A stretch of 64,000 nt of DNA from an uncultured Clostridia bacterium (GCA_944393415.1 CALYAD010000068.1:4603-68602), one strand, 5' to 3'; counted from the stretch's first letter, positions 20,310 through 30,184 are shown. Notes: generated from the letters alone by a model not told the origin. Numbers and translations: made by a program.

Positions 20310-21614
20310 TCACATATCGTTTCTTACCAGATCCTCAAAGCTCTCCCGTCTCACTGCCACATATGGCTTTCCGTCTTTAATCATAACGATCGGAGGCCTG
20401 GGTATCCTGTTGTAATTCGACGCCATGGAATAGTTATACGCCCCTGTGACAAGCACCGCCAGTATATCTCCCTTTACCGGCTTGCGCAGACGAATGTTTT
20501 CCGCAATCAGATCACCGCTTTCGCAGCACCTGCCCGCGATAGAACAAACATATTCAGCTTTTTCAGCAGCCCTATTGGCGACAACCGCCTCATACTGGGA
20601 CTGATACAGCGCGTAACGCGGATTGTCAGTCATACCTCCGTCAATCGAAACGTAATTTTTCATATCCGGTATTTCCTTTACCGATCCGACAGTATACAGA
20701 GTGAGTCCCGCGGCGGCTACAATTGAGCGTCCCGGCTCCATCATTACGGCCGGAAGCGGAATTCCGTGACCCTCGGCTATCTTCTTCATAGCGCAAGCAA
20801 GCTCCGCTATTGCTCCCGCATAGTCAAAATGCGGATGCTCCTTTACGTATCTTACTCCGAAGCCTCCTCCGAGATTAAGCTCGGAGGCGATAAAACCGGT
20901 CTTCGATTTGATATCAGATATATACTCCATCATTATCGACGCGGCGTCCACAAAAGGCTGTATTTCAAATATCTGACTTCCGATATGACAATGAAATCCT
21001 GTCAGCTCCACGCCTTTACACTCAAGCGCGGCCCTTGTTATGCTTTCCGCCATACCGGTCGCGATAGCGCTGCCGAACTTTGAATCGACACGTCCGGTAG
21101 CGACCGCCTTATGAGTATGCGGATCAATACCCGGAGTGATCCTTAACAGTACCTTCTGCCTTTTCCCAAGCTCGGACGCTATTCGGTTAACAGCCTCCAG
21201 CTCTTCCGTATTATCGACGACAAATCGACCGACTCCAAGCTCAAGCGCGTATCTGATATCCTCATCGGTCTTGTTATTTCCGTGAAATACCACTTTCCCC
21301 ATGTCAAAGCCGGAAGCGTTTATAGTATACAGTTCTCCCGGAGATACCGCGTCACACCCAAGCCCCTCCTCCGCCATTATTCTGTATATTCCTTTAAAAG
21401 AAAGCGCCTTTGACGCAAAAAGAGGAACCGAGTCCTGCCCGAAGCTTTCCGCCATCGAGCTTTTATATAAACGGCAAATGCTTCTGATCTTATTTTCATC
21501 CATCAGCATAAGAGGCGTACCGTATTCCTTAGCGAGCTCTACCGTGTCGAGTCCCTGAAGTGTCAAATGCCCCTTTTCGTTTACGGAGCAACTATCCATT
21601 ACAAAATCCGTCAT
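20310..21614 (-). CDS. lysA: Diaminopimelate decarboxylase
   Basis: YGTPL, FASKA (PLP Lys), SKFG, HCHIGSQI, EPGRS, CCESGD and GAYNYSMASNYN. Confidence 0.95.
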   Translation of the reverse strand: MTDFVMDSCSVNEKGHLTLQGLDTVELAKEYGTPLMLMDENKIRSICRLYKSSMAESFGQDSVPLFASKALSFKGIYRIMAEEGLGCDAVSPGELYTINASGFDMGKVVFHGNNKTDEDIRYALELGVGRFVVDNTEELEAVNRIASELGKRQKVLLRITPGIDPHTHKAVATGRVDSKFGSAIATGMAESITRAALECKGVELTGFHCHIGSQIFEIQPFVDAASIMMEYISDIKSKTGFIASELNLGGGFGVRYVKEHPHFDYAGAIAELACAMKKIAEGHGIPLPAVMMEPGRSIVAAAGLTLYTVGSVKEIPDMKNYVSIDGGMTDNPRYALYQSQYEAVVANRAAEKAEYVCSIAGRCCESGDLIAENIRLRKPVKGDILAVLVTGAYNYSMASNYNRIPRPPIVMIKDGKPYVAVRRESFEDLVRNDM

Positions 21615-21616
21615 AT

Positions 21617-21762
21617 TAATCCCCCATGCCGCCAGAGGCGGTTTAAATAGATTATAAAAAATTTTCGTGTTTTGCTCCGCAAAACAAAAAGCGTTCAGCT
21701 TTTTAGAAAATTTATGCGTGAAGCCAGCCGCATTCTGATGCGATCAAATATTTCTTTCACAT
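21617..21762 (-). repeat. Structured leader repeat family 1, copy C
   Basis: GTGAAA...TCAGAATGC...TTCACGCATAAATTTT...ACCGCC-TCT-GGCGGC-ATGGGGGATTA, ending 2 nt before the lysA ATG. Confidence 0.75.
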
Positions 21763-21821
21763 TGGTTTTAAATCGTCAAAAAATTTGTTAAGCCCTTCCG
21801 CCAAGTAACCGCGTCTCAAGC

Positions 21822-22415
21822 TTATTTTTTTGATTTTACGGCAAGCAATATTCTTTTAAGTATATTTTCCTTGCCTTCTCCGGTAAGCCCTGAAAACGGG
21901 ATTATATCCACTCCGTCAACCATTTCACCGAGATTATCCAAGGCTTTTTTTCTTTCCGTATTATTAAGCTTGTCCGTCTTTGTAGCCACTATAAACCAAT
22001 CAAGCTCCGATTCGCTCAGCCATTCCATCATAGTAATATCGTCAGCGCTTGGTCCGGTTTTCAGATCTATCAGCTGCGCCACCGCCTTTAGCGTACCGTG
22101 GGAGCCGTCGGCAGTGTAATATCCGTCAGTAAGTTTTGACCACTGCTTTTTTTGCTCCGGACTCCTCCTTGCATATCCATATCCCGGCATATCCACCAGA
22201 TAAAACTCACGGTTGATCTCATAAAAATTGACCGTAATGGTCTTTCCGGGAGTTGAACTGACTCTGGCAAGAGATTTTCTGCCCATTATTACGTTGATCA
22301 GGGTGCTTTTCCCGACATTCGAGCGACCGGAAAAAGCTATCTGCGCCATACCGTCCGAAGGGAACTGAGACGGTAACCCGGCACTTATCTTTAGTTCGGC
22401 ATTTTTTACTGTCAT
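21822..22415 (-). CDS. engB: Ribosome biogenesis GTPase YihA/YsxC
   Basis: GRSNVGKSTLIN, SSTPGKT, DMPGYGYA and TKTDK; downstream of lon. Confidence 0.93.
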   Translation of the reverse strand: MTVKNAELKISAGLPSQFPSDGMAQIAFSGRSNVGKSTLINVIMGRKSLARVSSTPGKTITVNFYEINREFYLVDMPGYGYARRSPEQKKQWSKLTDGYYTADGSHGTLKAVAQLIDLKTGPSADDITMMEWLSESELDWFIVATKTDKLNNTERKKALDNLGEMVDGVDIIPFSGLTGEGKENILKRILLAVKSKK

Positions 22416-22447
22416 ACTATTTTAGTACCTTTCAGATGTACCGAAAT

Positions 22448-24790
22448 TTATTTGGAGATCAGCGCGTATCCGAGTACATCCGATACGTTTGCGCAGGGAA
22501 TAAACTCAAGCTTTTCGCGTACGGTTTTATCGACCTCCGACAGCTCCTTTTCATTATCCTTAGGATACAGAACAGTCTTTACTCCCGCCTTGTACGCCGC
22601 CATCGTTTTTTCCTTCAGTCCGCCTATCGGCAGAACCTTACCTCTTAACGTCACCTCACCTGTCATGGCAACGGTGTTCTTTACAGGTCTTCCCGAAAGC
22701 TCGCTGACCAAGGCAGTCACCACGGTCACTCCCGCAGACGGACCGTCCTTCGGCACCGCGCCCTCCGGAAAGTGAACATGTATATCCTTTTTCTTATAGA
22801 AGTCGCTCGGAATGTCCCATTCGGAGCTATGAGATCTGATATAAGTCAAAGCCGTCTTAGCCGACTCCTTCATTACATTGCCAAGCGAGCCGGTCAGCTC
22901 GAGCTTTCCGCTTCCCGGCATCGCAGCTACCTCTACCTTCAAAAGCGCTCCTCCAAGCTCTGTGTACGCCAGACCGTTTACCACGCCGACCTCGTCCGTA
23001 TCGTCTATCGTTTCCGGAATAACTTTTTTGGGACCCAAAAACTCGGCAAGCTCATTAACATTAATTTCAACCTTCTCGCAGCTCGGATCCTCAACGAGCC
23101 TCTTTGCCGCCTTACGGCATAACGAGGCTATCTCTCTTTCAAGATTACGCACTCCCGCTTCATGTGTGTAGCCGTTTATAAGCTCCGTAAGAGCAGGATT
23201 CGTTATCTTGAAATTCTTTTTTGAAAGTCCGTGTTTTTCGAGCTGTTTCGGTATAAGATGCTTTTTTGCTATCGACAGCTTCTCATTGAGCGAGTAGCTT
23301 TTAAGCGTTATTATCTCCATTCGGTCACGAAGCGGCGCGGGGATGGTATCAAGATTGTTTGCCGTGGCTATAAACAACACGTCCGACAGATCAAACGGTA
23401 ATTCGATGAAGTGATCCCTGAATTCTTTGTTCTGTTCGGAATCAAGCACCTCCATCAACGCCGACGACGGGTCTCCGTGAGCATCGTGTGTAAGCTTGTC
23501 TATTTCGTCAAGCAGCATTACAGGGTTCTTTGTACCGGCTCTGCGAATACCCTCGATTATGCGCCCCGGCATAGAGCCTATATATGTTTTTCTATGACCT
23601 CTTATGTCAGCTTCATCTCTTATACCGCCCAGCGACACCCGCACATATTTTCTTTTCATAGCCTCCGCCACGGAACGGGCTACAGAGGTTTTTCCGGTAC
23701 CGGGAGGTCCAGCCAGGCATATTATCTGATTCCTGAGCTTCGGAGCGAGTTTTCGGACGGCAAGATACTCCAATATGCGCTCTTTTACCTTTTCCAACCC
23801 CTCATGATCCCGTTCAAGTATCCTTTCTGCCGCCGTCAGATCCACCCTGTCCTTAGTCTTCTTATTCCACGGAAGCTCAAGACAGGTATCAAGATAGTTA
23901 CATATGACGCCGTATTCGGCGGAATTCTGAGGCATTCGCGAAAGCTTTGAAGCCTCCTTCATTAACTTTGACTGAACTTCTTCAGGAAGCTCCGCCGCGG
24001 ATATTTTTTCTTTATATACGTCGATATCAGGATCAGACTCGGCGTCCTCGCCCATCTCTGAGCGTATTACCTTAAGCTGCTCGCTGAGATAATACTCTTT
24101 TTGATTCCTGTCCATGCGGCTTCTGACTTTTTTATTTATACTGCTCTGAAGTTTTGCGATTTCCGTATATTCCTTGATAGTGGCAATAACGCCGATCAGG
24201 CGCTGCTCGGGGTCTGTTTCCTTTAAGACCTTCATTTTTGCTTCGTAATCAACAAAAAGATTTGCCGCCACGATATCTGCGTACTCTCCGATATCGTTTA
24301 CGGACACCAGCTCCGCCAATAGCTTCGGAGAGAGATCTGATACTACGGAGGCGTACTCCTCCAGCGCGATTTCGGCCTCCGCGCGCACCGCCTTTATCTC
24401 CGTGTTTTCCTCGCACAATATTCGCTTCAAAACGCATTTGGAATGCCAAGCGCCTTCTTTTGAGCGGGACTTTGTCAGAGAAAGCACCTCGGCTCTGGCG
24501 ATCCCGTCGGCGATGAGGCGCACATTGCCGTTTGCCAGTCTGACATATTGCTTTACGCGGCATACTGTGCCGACGTCAAAAAAGTCCTCTGCTGACGGAG
24601 CCGGATCTATGATTTTTTTCTGTGTAAGTAAAAGTATCGGTAAATTATTTTTACAGGCCTCATCAAAAGCCTTAAGCGAGATTTTTCTCTCTATTTCAAC
24701 GCTCAGAGGTACTCCGGGAAAAGACACCGCCCCTCTTAACGGAAGCACCGGGCATTCGATGACCTCGGTATGTTCATTATATACTGCCAT
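22448..24790 (-). CDS. lon: ATP-dependent protease La
   Basis: GPPGTGKTS, IRGHRKTYIGSMPG, PKDGPSAG and IGGLKEK; start set at ATG 24790. Confidence 0.96.
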   Translation of the reverse strand: MAVYNEHTEVIECPVLPLRGAVSFPGVPLSVEIERKISLKAFDEACKNNLPILLLTQKKIIDPAPSAEDFFDVGTVCRVKQYVRLANGNVRLIADGIARAEVLSLTKSRSKEGAWHSKCVLKRILCEENTEIKAVRAEAEIALEEYASVVSDLSPKLLAELVSVNDIGEYADIVAANLFVDYEAKMKVLKETDPEQRLIGVIATIKEYTEIAKLQSSINKKVRSRMDRNQKEYYLSEQLKVIRSEMGEDAESDPDIDVYKEKISAAELPEEVQSKLMKEASKLSRMPQNSAEYGVICNYLDTCLELPWNKKTKDRVDLTAAERILERDHEGLEKVKERILEYLAVRKLAPKLRNQIICLAGPPGTGKTSVARSVAEAMKRKYVRVSLGGIRDEADIRGHRKTYIGSMPGRIIEGIRRAGTKNPVMLLDEIDKLTHDAHGDPSSALMEVLDSEQNKEFRDHFIELPFDLSDVLFIATANNLDTIPAPLRDRMEIITLKSYSLNEKLSIAKKHLIPKQLEKHGLSKKNFKITNPALTELINGYTHEAGVRNLEREIASLCRKAAKRLVEDPSCEKVEINVNELAEFLGPKKVIPETIDDTDEVGVVNGLAYTELGGALLKVEVAAMPGSGKLELTGSLGNVMKESAKTALTYIRSHSSEWDIPSDFYKKKDIHVHFPEGAVPKDGPSAGVTVVTALVSELSGRPVKNTVAMTGEVTLRGKVLPIGGLKEKTMAAYKAGVKTVLYPKDNEKELSEVDKTVREKLEFIPCANVSDVLGYALISK

Positions 24791-24792
24791 TT

Positions 24793-24952
24793 TAATCTCC
24801 CATGCCGCCACAGGCGGCTAAAAAACCGTTTAAATCGTTTTTAGGCATGAAAAATTTTTTCCGCTTTATAAAAAAATTTATGCGTGAAATAAACTGCATT
24901 CTGAGACGACGGAATATTTATTTCACGCTAATCTCCATGCCGTTCGAACGGT
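24793..24952 (-). repeat. Structured leader repeat family 1, copy D (plus a second hairpin-ATGGAGATTA unit at its 5' side)
   Basis: GCGTGAAA...TTTCACGC stem, TAAAAAC...GTTTTTTA stem and GCCGCC-TGT-GGCGGC-ATGGGAGATTA 2 nt before the lon ATG; preceded by ACCGTTCGAACGGC-ATGGAGATTA. Confidence 0.75.
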
Positions 24953-25060
24953 CCCAATAGATGTAAATATTTAAAATCAGAGCCGCTGTGTGCAAGCTCC
25001 CCGGGCTTTACAGATCGGGTATAAATATGTATCAATATTTTATAATATTAATTAGATAAT

Positions 25061-25089
25061 ATTATATCATTTATAACAGCCTTTGTCAA
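25061..25089 (-). promoter_or_regulatory. Sigma-A promoter of lon-engB
   Basis: TTGACA-17 nt-TATAAT with extended TG. Confidence 0.75.
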
Positions 25090-25154
25090 ACCGATAATCT
25101 GCACAAATTGTAAATATTTATATAACACTTTTATTTCCTCATATATAAGTACAG

Positions 25155-25371
25155 GAACGCCCGGTCTTCAACCGGACGTTCCCAGGCTGTCGAAAAACCA
25201 GTAAGCATATAGCAATATGCACAATTTCGTCCTCCGCAGAGGACGACAGGGGCTTTGCCCCTTGACCCCACCGCCTTTTGAAAAAGGCGGGCGAAAACTT
25301 TTTTTGTATTATTTTTGGCGTATTGGTTTTTTCTCCACGCTGAAGAACGCCCGGTCTTCAACCGGACGTTC
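25155..25371. mobile_element. 163-bp MITE-like element (25182-25344) flanked by a perfect 27-bp direct repeat
   Basis: GAACGCCCGGTCTTCAACCGGACGTTC occurs at 25155-25181 and 25345-25371. Imperfect terminal IRs are CAGGCTGTCGAAAAACCA / TGGTTTTTTCTCCACGCTG. The body is near-identical to 47989-48110 (inverted). Confidence 0.8.
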
Positions 25372-25440
25372 GGACTTAGAGAAGAGATAAAACAAGCGTT
25401 TATTAAACCAGATCGGCATAATGTCCCACTACATAACGAA

Positions 25441-26139
25441 TCATCCCGATATACCGCCGTTATCCGTAATTACGGAGTTATCGGCTTTATCGCCTCCGGA
25501 AGCGGGAGCCGCGGTGGTCGACGAGACACCGTTATCATCGGGTGAAGCGGTATCGGAAGCTTTTTTACGTTTCAGAAGCCAGCCGTGAGCATTCTGAACG
25601 GCGCGGCGGTTTTTATAGGTAACGTAACCGAACACTATCGCGGCAAGCTCGGATCCCACTCCGACTATAACGCGTATTGCGGTATCGGTTATAAAGTTAG
25701 ATGTCATAAGCGCCACGCCGAGCGAAAGGAAAGCTATATACGCAAGCAGTCTCGGGAAGGTAAAGGACTGCTTATTTTCACCGCTTTTTATCAGATATCC
25801 ATGGATAATTTCCACAACCGCTCTGATCCACATTACAAATCCGATAGTTACGTTTACTCCGTCAACCGGAAGAAAGGCGAGACCGTCAAAAAGCATTCCA
25901 ACCATCAGAGCAAGTATTATTATGAGTTCCGCAAGCGCAACGAGCTGTATAGTCCCTCTGTAATGAAGAACATTATCGGCAAGAACCAGAACTATATATA
26001 CCGAAAGCGCTACCGCGATCAGATATTTCATAAGATCATCGCCTTTTATCAGCATCAGAATCCCGAATCCGACAAGAACGATAGTTATACACAGAGTAAA
26101 TATCCAGTTTTTTAATAATCTTGACATTTTTATGACCAT
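25441..26139 (-). CDS. Membrane protein (HdeD/DUF308-like)
   Basis: About 6 TM helices and a low-complexity C-terminus; family assignment tentative. Confidence 0.65.
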   Translation of the reverse strand: MVIKMSRLLKNWIFTLCITIVLVGFGILMLIKGDDLMKYLIAVALSVYIVLVLADNVLHYRGTIQLVALAELIIILALMVGMLFDGLAFLPVDGVNVTIGFVMWIRAVVEIIHGYLIKSGENKQSFTFPRLLAYIAFLSLGVALMTSNFITDTAIRVIVGVGSELAAIVFGYVTYKNRRAVQNAHGWLLKRKKASDTASPDDNGVSSTTAAPASGGDKADNSVITDNGGISG

Positions 26140-26490
26140 TCCTTTCTTACGCCGAACTTTCGCTTAGCGCGATTCATTAAGGCTTGTCTGATAATTTACT
26201 TTCAAACCGATGCCTCCAAATATCGCGCAAAAAGACATAAAGCCTCCGTGATCTATCGTCTATTAAGCCAAACGAGAATTCCGCTCTGCCTGATGTGATA
26301 AATATCACGTTTTCAACAACACGGTAATTCGACGTCTTTTATATGTATTATGATATCACATCAGACTCAGAAAATCAAGTACTATGAAAAATTTTGTAAT
26401 TTGTTGTTTATAGATATAGATTGCATACAAAAGTATATACTATTAATAAATTTTAGTCGTTTATTCGAATAGTGAAAGGACCTGATAAAT

Positions 26491-28518
26491 ATGCAAGTCA
26501 AAAAGCGTTTAAACTATTTATATACTCCGCTGATAATTTCATTAATAATCTTTGTATATGAGTGCATATTATTATATTTTACAGAGAGTTCCGGTAAAAT
26601 AAACGTTATTCTGCTTTTTTCTCTTTCCGCAGGAATGGCCGTGAGCTTTCTTTTATCGTTGACCCTGACCCATAGAATAAGTCACGCGATCGGGTGCGTT
26701 ATGCTGTCAGTACTTACAGTAGCTTATATAGCGGAAATTCTTTTGAAAAGATCCTTCGGATATTACTATCCTATCCAAACCGTTACCGGAATGGCCGGAG
26801 ATGTCGCGGGAAGCTATGGCGGAACTATAATATCCACTATCGCAAGCGGTATCCTGCCTATATTGCTTGCAGTGGGAGCAACACTGCTTTTTATTATACC
26901 CGGAAAAAAACTGACTTTTCATCCAAAGCATAAAATATTTACAAGAAGTATAATTTTTATTCTTATTTTTGTTTTTCACTTTTCCGCAGTCGGTGCGATA
27001 CGCTCAAACAGCAAAGCAAAAACAATCGCCGCGACAGATTATGACTATTATACAGACGCCTATGATTTCAACGAAGCGGTCCCAAGATTCGGTCTGCTTA
27101 CCTCCTTAAGGCTTGATTTGTATTATGCCATTTTCGGTTCTGATGATACTGTGATCGATATAAAATCACAGGAAAACAAGACAAACACGCAAACAACGAC
27201 ACAAACAAATATTTACCAGACCGAAAGCTATGATTTTGATAAGCTTTATACAAAGGAAACAAATAAAACCATCAGATCGATCCATTCGTATATCGCCTCT
27301 GTAAAACCGACAAAAAAGAACGAGTATACCGGTTACTTCAAAGGGAAAAACCTTATATTCATCTGCGCCGAGGCTCTCTCTCCTTACGCGGTCTCTCCGG
27401 AGATCACTCCGACTCTATATCGTCTGACGAATTCCGGCTTTGTTTTCCATGATTATTATCAGCCGTCGTTCGGCGAGTCAACGATCGGTGGTGAATACAG
27501 CCTTTTATTGAGTCAGATTCCAAAGCGTGACAGCGGAGAAAAAGGAATGTGCATGCAGCTTGCCTGCGAGGAAAATCTCCGTTATTCCATGCCCGGTCTT
27601 TTTTCAAAAAACGGATATACGGCTCAAGGCTTTCACAACAACAGCTACACCTACTATTCCAGGAACGTTACACACCCGAAAATGGGCATGGATTGGTATG
27701 GCTGCGGAGGCTCAGTAACCCAAGACCCGGATAAGGCCTTTGATATTTCCGAGCGTCTGTCTACCGGGTGGCCAAGATCCGACAACGAAATGATAGCTGC
27801 GACGATTGGCGAATATATAAACTCAGACAAACCGTTTTTCTGTTACTATATGAGCGTAAGCGGCCATAATAATTATTCGTTTTCCGAAAACACGATGGCG
27901 CGCAAAAATAAAAATATAACTGAAAATCTTGATTATTCCGAGCGTGTGAAGGCTTATATCGCCTGTCAATATGAGCTTGAGTCAGCGCTTACCACGCTTA
28001 TTTACGAGCTTGAAAAAGCCGGTAAGCTTGACGATACCGTAATAGCGCTTTCCAACGACCATTATCCATACGGTCTCTCTCCCACATGGCAGGGCAACTC
28101 GGGAAGCGACCCGCTCGCAGAGCTGTATGGAAAAAGCGTAGACAGTACAATTAAACGTGAAAAAGGTTTATTGTTTATTTGGAACAGCGCCATGAATAAG
28201 CCGGTAGTAATAGATAAGCCGGTATGCGGAATTGACGTTTTGCCTACCATTCTTAATCTGTTCGGAATCTCCTACGACAGCCGTCTGCTTGCCGGACGCG
28301 ACGCGCTCTCCGACTGCGAGGGGCTGGTCTTTTTCTCTGATCTCAGCTGGAAAAGTGAAAAAGCGGAATTCAACGCTAAGACCGGAAAGCTGACCATCTT
28401 TGATAAAAACGTTGACGACGACTATATATCCGGAATAAGCGCGGAGGTTAAAAATCGTATACTTTACTCTAAGCTGATACGCCGCAAGGATTATATGAAG
28501 CTGCTTGATGAGGCTTAG
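26491..28518 (+). CDS. LTA synthase / sulfatase-like membrane protein
   Basis: N-terminal TM segments; KNLIFICAEAL, TPTL, STIGGEY (catalytic Thr) and NDHYPY. Confidence 0.85.
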   Translation: MQVKKRLNYLYTPLIISLIIFVYECILLYFTESSGKINVILLFSLSAGMAVSFLLSLTLTHRISHAIGCVMLSVLTVAYIAEILLKRSFGYYYPIQTVTGMAGDVAGSYGGTIISTIASGILPILLAVGATLLFIIPGKKLTFHPKHKIFTRSIIFILIFVFHFSAVGAIRSNSKAKTIAATDYDYYTDAYDFNEAVPRFGLLTSLRLDLYYAIFGSDDTVIDIKSQENKTNTQTTTQTNIYQTESYDFDKLYTKETNKTIRSIHSYIASVKPTKKNEYTGYFKGKNLIFICAEALSPYAVSPEITPTLYRLTNSGFVFHDYYQPSFGESTIGGEYSLLLSQIPKRDSGEKGMCMQLACEENLRYSMPGLFSKNGYTAQGFHNNSYTYYSRNVTHPKMGMDWYGCGGSVTQDPDKAFDISERLSTGWPRSDNEMIAATIGEYINSDKPFFCYYMSVSGHNNYSFSENTMARKNKNITENLDYSERVKAYIACQYELESALTTLIYELEKAGKLDDTVIALSNDHYPYGLSPTWQGNSGSDPLAELYGKSVDSTIKREKGLLFIWNSAMNKPVVIDKPVCGIDVLPTILNLFGISYDSRLLAGRDALSDCEGLVFFSDLSWKSEKAEFNAKTGKLTIFDKNVDDDYISGISAEVKNRILYSKLIRRKDYMKLLDEA

Positions 28519-28573
28519 CTTTAAAAAAGCATTCAATAGCTAAAAAAAAAATAAAAAAGGGGCTGTCCTTTTT

Positions 28574-28617
28574 TGATATGCACCCCAAAAGTCAGACACT
28601 TTTGGAGGTGCATATCA
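28574..28617. mobile_element. 44-bp IS3-like miniature element inside a terminator hairpin
   Basis: TGATATGCACCCCAAAAG-TCAGACA-CTTTTGGAGGTGCATATCA has TG...CA ends and TTT on both flanks; nested in GGCTGTC...GACAGCC between convergent genes. Confidence 0.65.
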
Positions 28618-28638
28618 TTTTAAGACAGCCTGTTCTGT

Positions 28639-30003
28639 TTATCTCTCGCTAATAGGTATATATTTCCTGATTTCGGATACTGAGGTATATGCCGGACGTA
28701 TGATTTTACTCGCGTTTATAAGCTCCTCTATCCTGTGCGCGCTCCATCCCGCAACTCTTGCTACCGCAAACAGCGGAGTAAACAGCTCCTCGGGAAGTCC
28801 GAGCATATCGTAGACAAGCCCGCTGTAAAAATCTATGTTTGGACTTACGCCTTTATATATTCTTCTCTTGCTGCCTATGACCTCCACCGCGGTCTCAGCG
28901 ACGGTATTATAAAGCTCAAGCTCCTTTTGTCTGCCCTTTTCCATAGAAAGACGTTCTGTATAGGTCTTAAGAATATTGGCTCTCGGGTCTGAAATAGAAT
29001 ACACCGCGTGTCCCATACCGTATATAAGCCCGGAGTGGTCAAAAACTTCCTTATCCAGCATCCTTATCAGATACGCGCGTATCGCGTCCTTATCCTTCCA
29101 ATCGTGAATATTCTTCTTAATATCGTCGAACATTCTTTTAACCATGATATTCGCTCCGCCGTGCTTGGGTCCCTTGAGAGAACAAAGCGCCGCGGCCATA
29201 GCTGAATATGTATCCGTTCCGGAAGAAGTGACCACACGATTGGTAAAGGTGGAATTGTTCCCTCCTCCGTGCTCCGCGTGCAGAACGAGCGCGAGATCAA
29301 GTATCTTGGCTTCAAGCTCCGAAAACTTTTTATCCGGTCTTAACAGTCTCAGGATATTCTCAGAGGTCGAAAGCTTATAGTTCGGAAGATGCATGATCAG
29401 ACTGCGTCCGTGACCGTAATGCATATATGCCTGATATGCGTACACGGCCAGGAGCGGAAAGCTGGAAATAAGCTGTATACACTGCCGCAGCACGTTAGGT
29501 ATCGAAACATCGTTGGCGTTTGAGTCATACGAGTAAAGCGTCAGTATGCTTTTAGCCATTGAATTCATGATATCCTTATTAGAGGCCTTCATTATAACGT
29601 CCCTGATAAAGTTAGTGGGAAGCGTCCGGTATGAGGACAGCAAAGAGCAAAAGTCAGAGAGCTCATCCGATGTCGGGAGGTCACCGAACAAAAGCAGATA
29701 TACCGTTTCCTCAAATCCGAAACGCCCATCCTTTTCAAAACCGCCAACTATATCGTTTATATCTATTCCTCTGTAATAAAGTTCTCCGTCGCAGGATACC
29801 TCCTCACCGTTTTCAATTTTTGAGGATACGATAGTGGATATTTCGGTAAGTCCCGTGACCACTCCTTTTCCATCAAGATCCCTGAGTCCTCTTTTTACGT
29901 TGTAAACATTATACAGCTCCGGATCTATCTTTCCGTTTCTTATGCAGATATCGGCAAGACCGAGTATTTCTTCTGTCGTATAAGCATTATTTCTTTTAGC
30001 CAA
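28639..30003 (-). CDS. gltA: Citrate synthase (citrate/2-methylcitrate synthase family)
   Basis: GELYYRG, LHAEHGGGNNSTF, GPKHGGAN, GMGHAVY..SDPRA and NIDFYSG. Confidence 0.9.
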   Translation of the reverse strand: MAKRNNAYTTEEILGLADICIRNGKIDPELYNVYNVKRGLRDLDGKGVVTGLTEISTIVSSKIENGEEVSCDGELYYRGIDINDIVGGFEKDGRFGFEETVYLLLFGDLPTSDELSDFCSLLSSYRTLPTNFIRDVIMKASNKDIMNSMAKSILTLYSYDSNANDVSIPNVLRQCIQLISSFPLLAVYAYQAYMHYGHGRSLIMHLPNYKLSTSENILRLLRPDKKFSELEAKILDLALVLHAEHGGGNNSTFTNRVVTSSGTDTYSAMAAALCSLKGPKHGGANIMVKRMFDDIKKNIHDWKDKDAIRAYLIRMLDKEVFDHSGLIYGMGHAVYSISDPRANILKTYTERLSMEKGRQKELELYNTVAETAVEVIGSKRRIYKGVSPNIDFYSGLVYDMLGLPEELFTPLFAVARVAGWSAHRIEELINASKIIRPAYTSVSEIRKYIPISER

Positions 30004-30084
30004 TATAGTTTCCTCCTGTTTTTTAATACCATATTATTAATACCCTGATCATGCCATGATAAAAATAATTTAGTTAACGGATTA

Positions 30085-30113
30085 ATTATAGCACATTTTC
30101 ACCAATTTGTCAA
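30085..30113 (-). promoter_or_regulatory. Sigma-A promoter of citrate synthase
   Basis: TTGACA-17 nt-TATAAT with extended TG. Confidence 0.75.
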
Positions 30114-30184
30114 GTCAGACACCCGACTTCGCCTTTGAGTCGCGGCTTTACGCGCGGGACATATCTCAAAATGCGCCGCTTTAC

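Noticed and set aside
21615-21820. Lysine riboswitch upstream of lysA
   Set aside because: No recognisable L-box core; the region is explained by repeat family 1.
25155-25371. CRISPR mini-array from the 27-bp palindromic direct repeats
   Set aside because: Only two repeats, 163 bp apart. The intervening sequence has terminal IRs and a second copy elsewhere, and there are no cas genes.
26176-26200. Possible IS end (TAAGGCTTGTCTGATAATT)
   Set aside because: No matching opposite end or second copy found.
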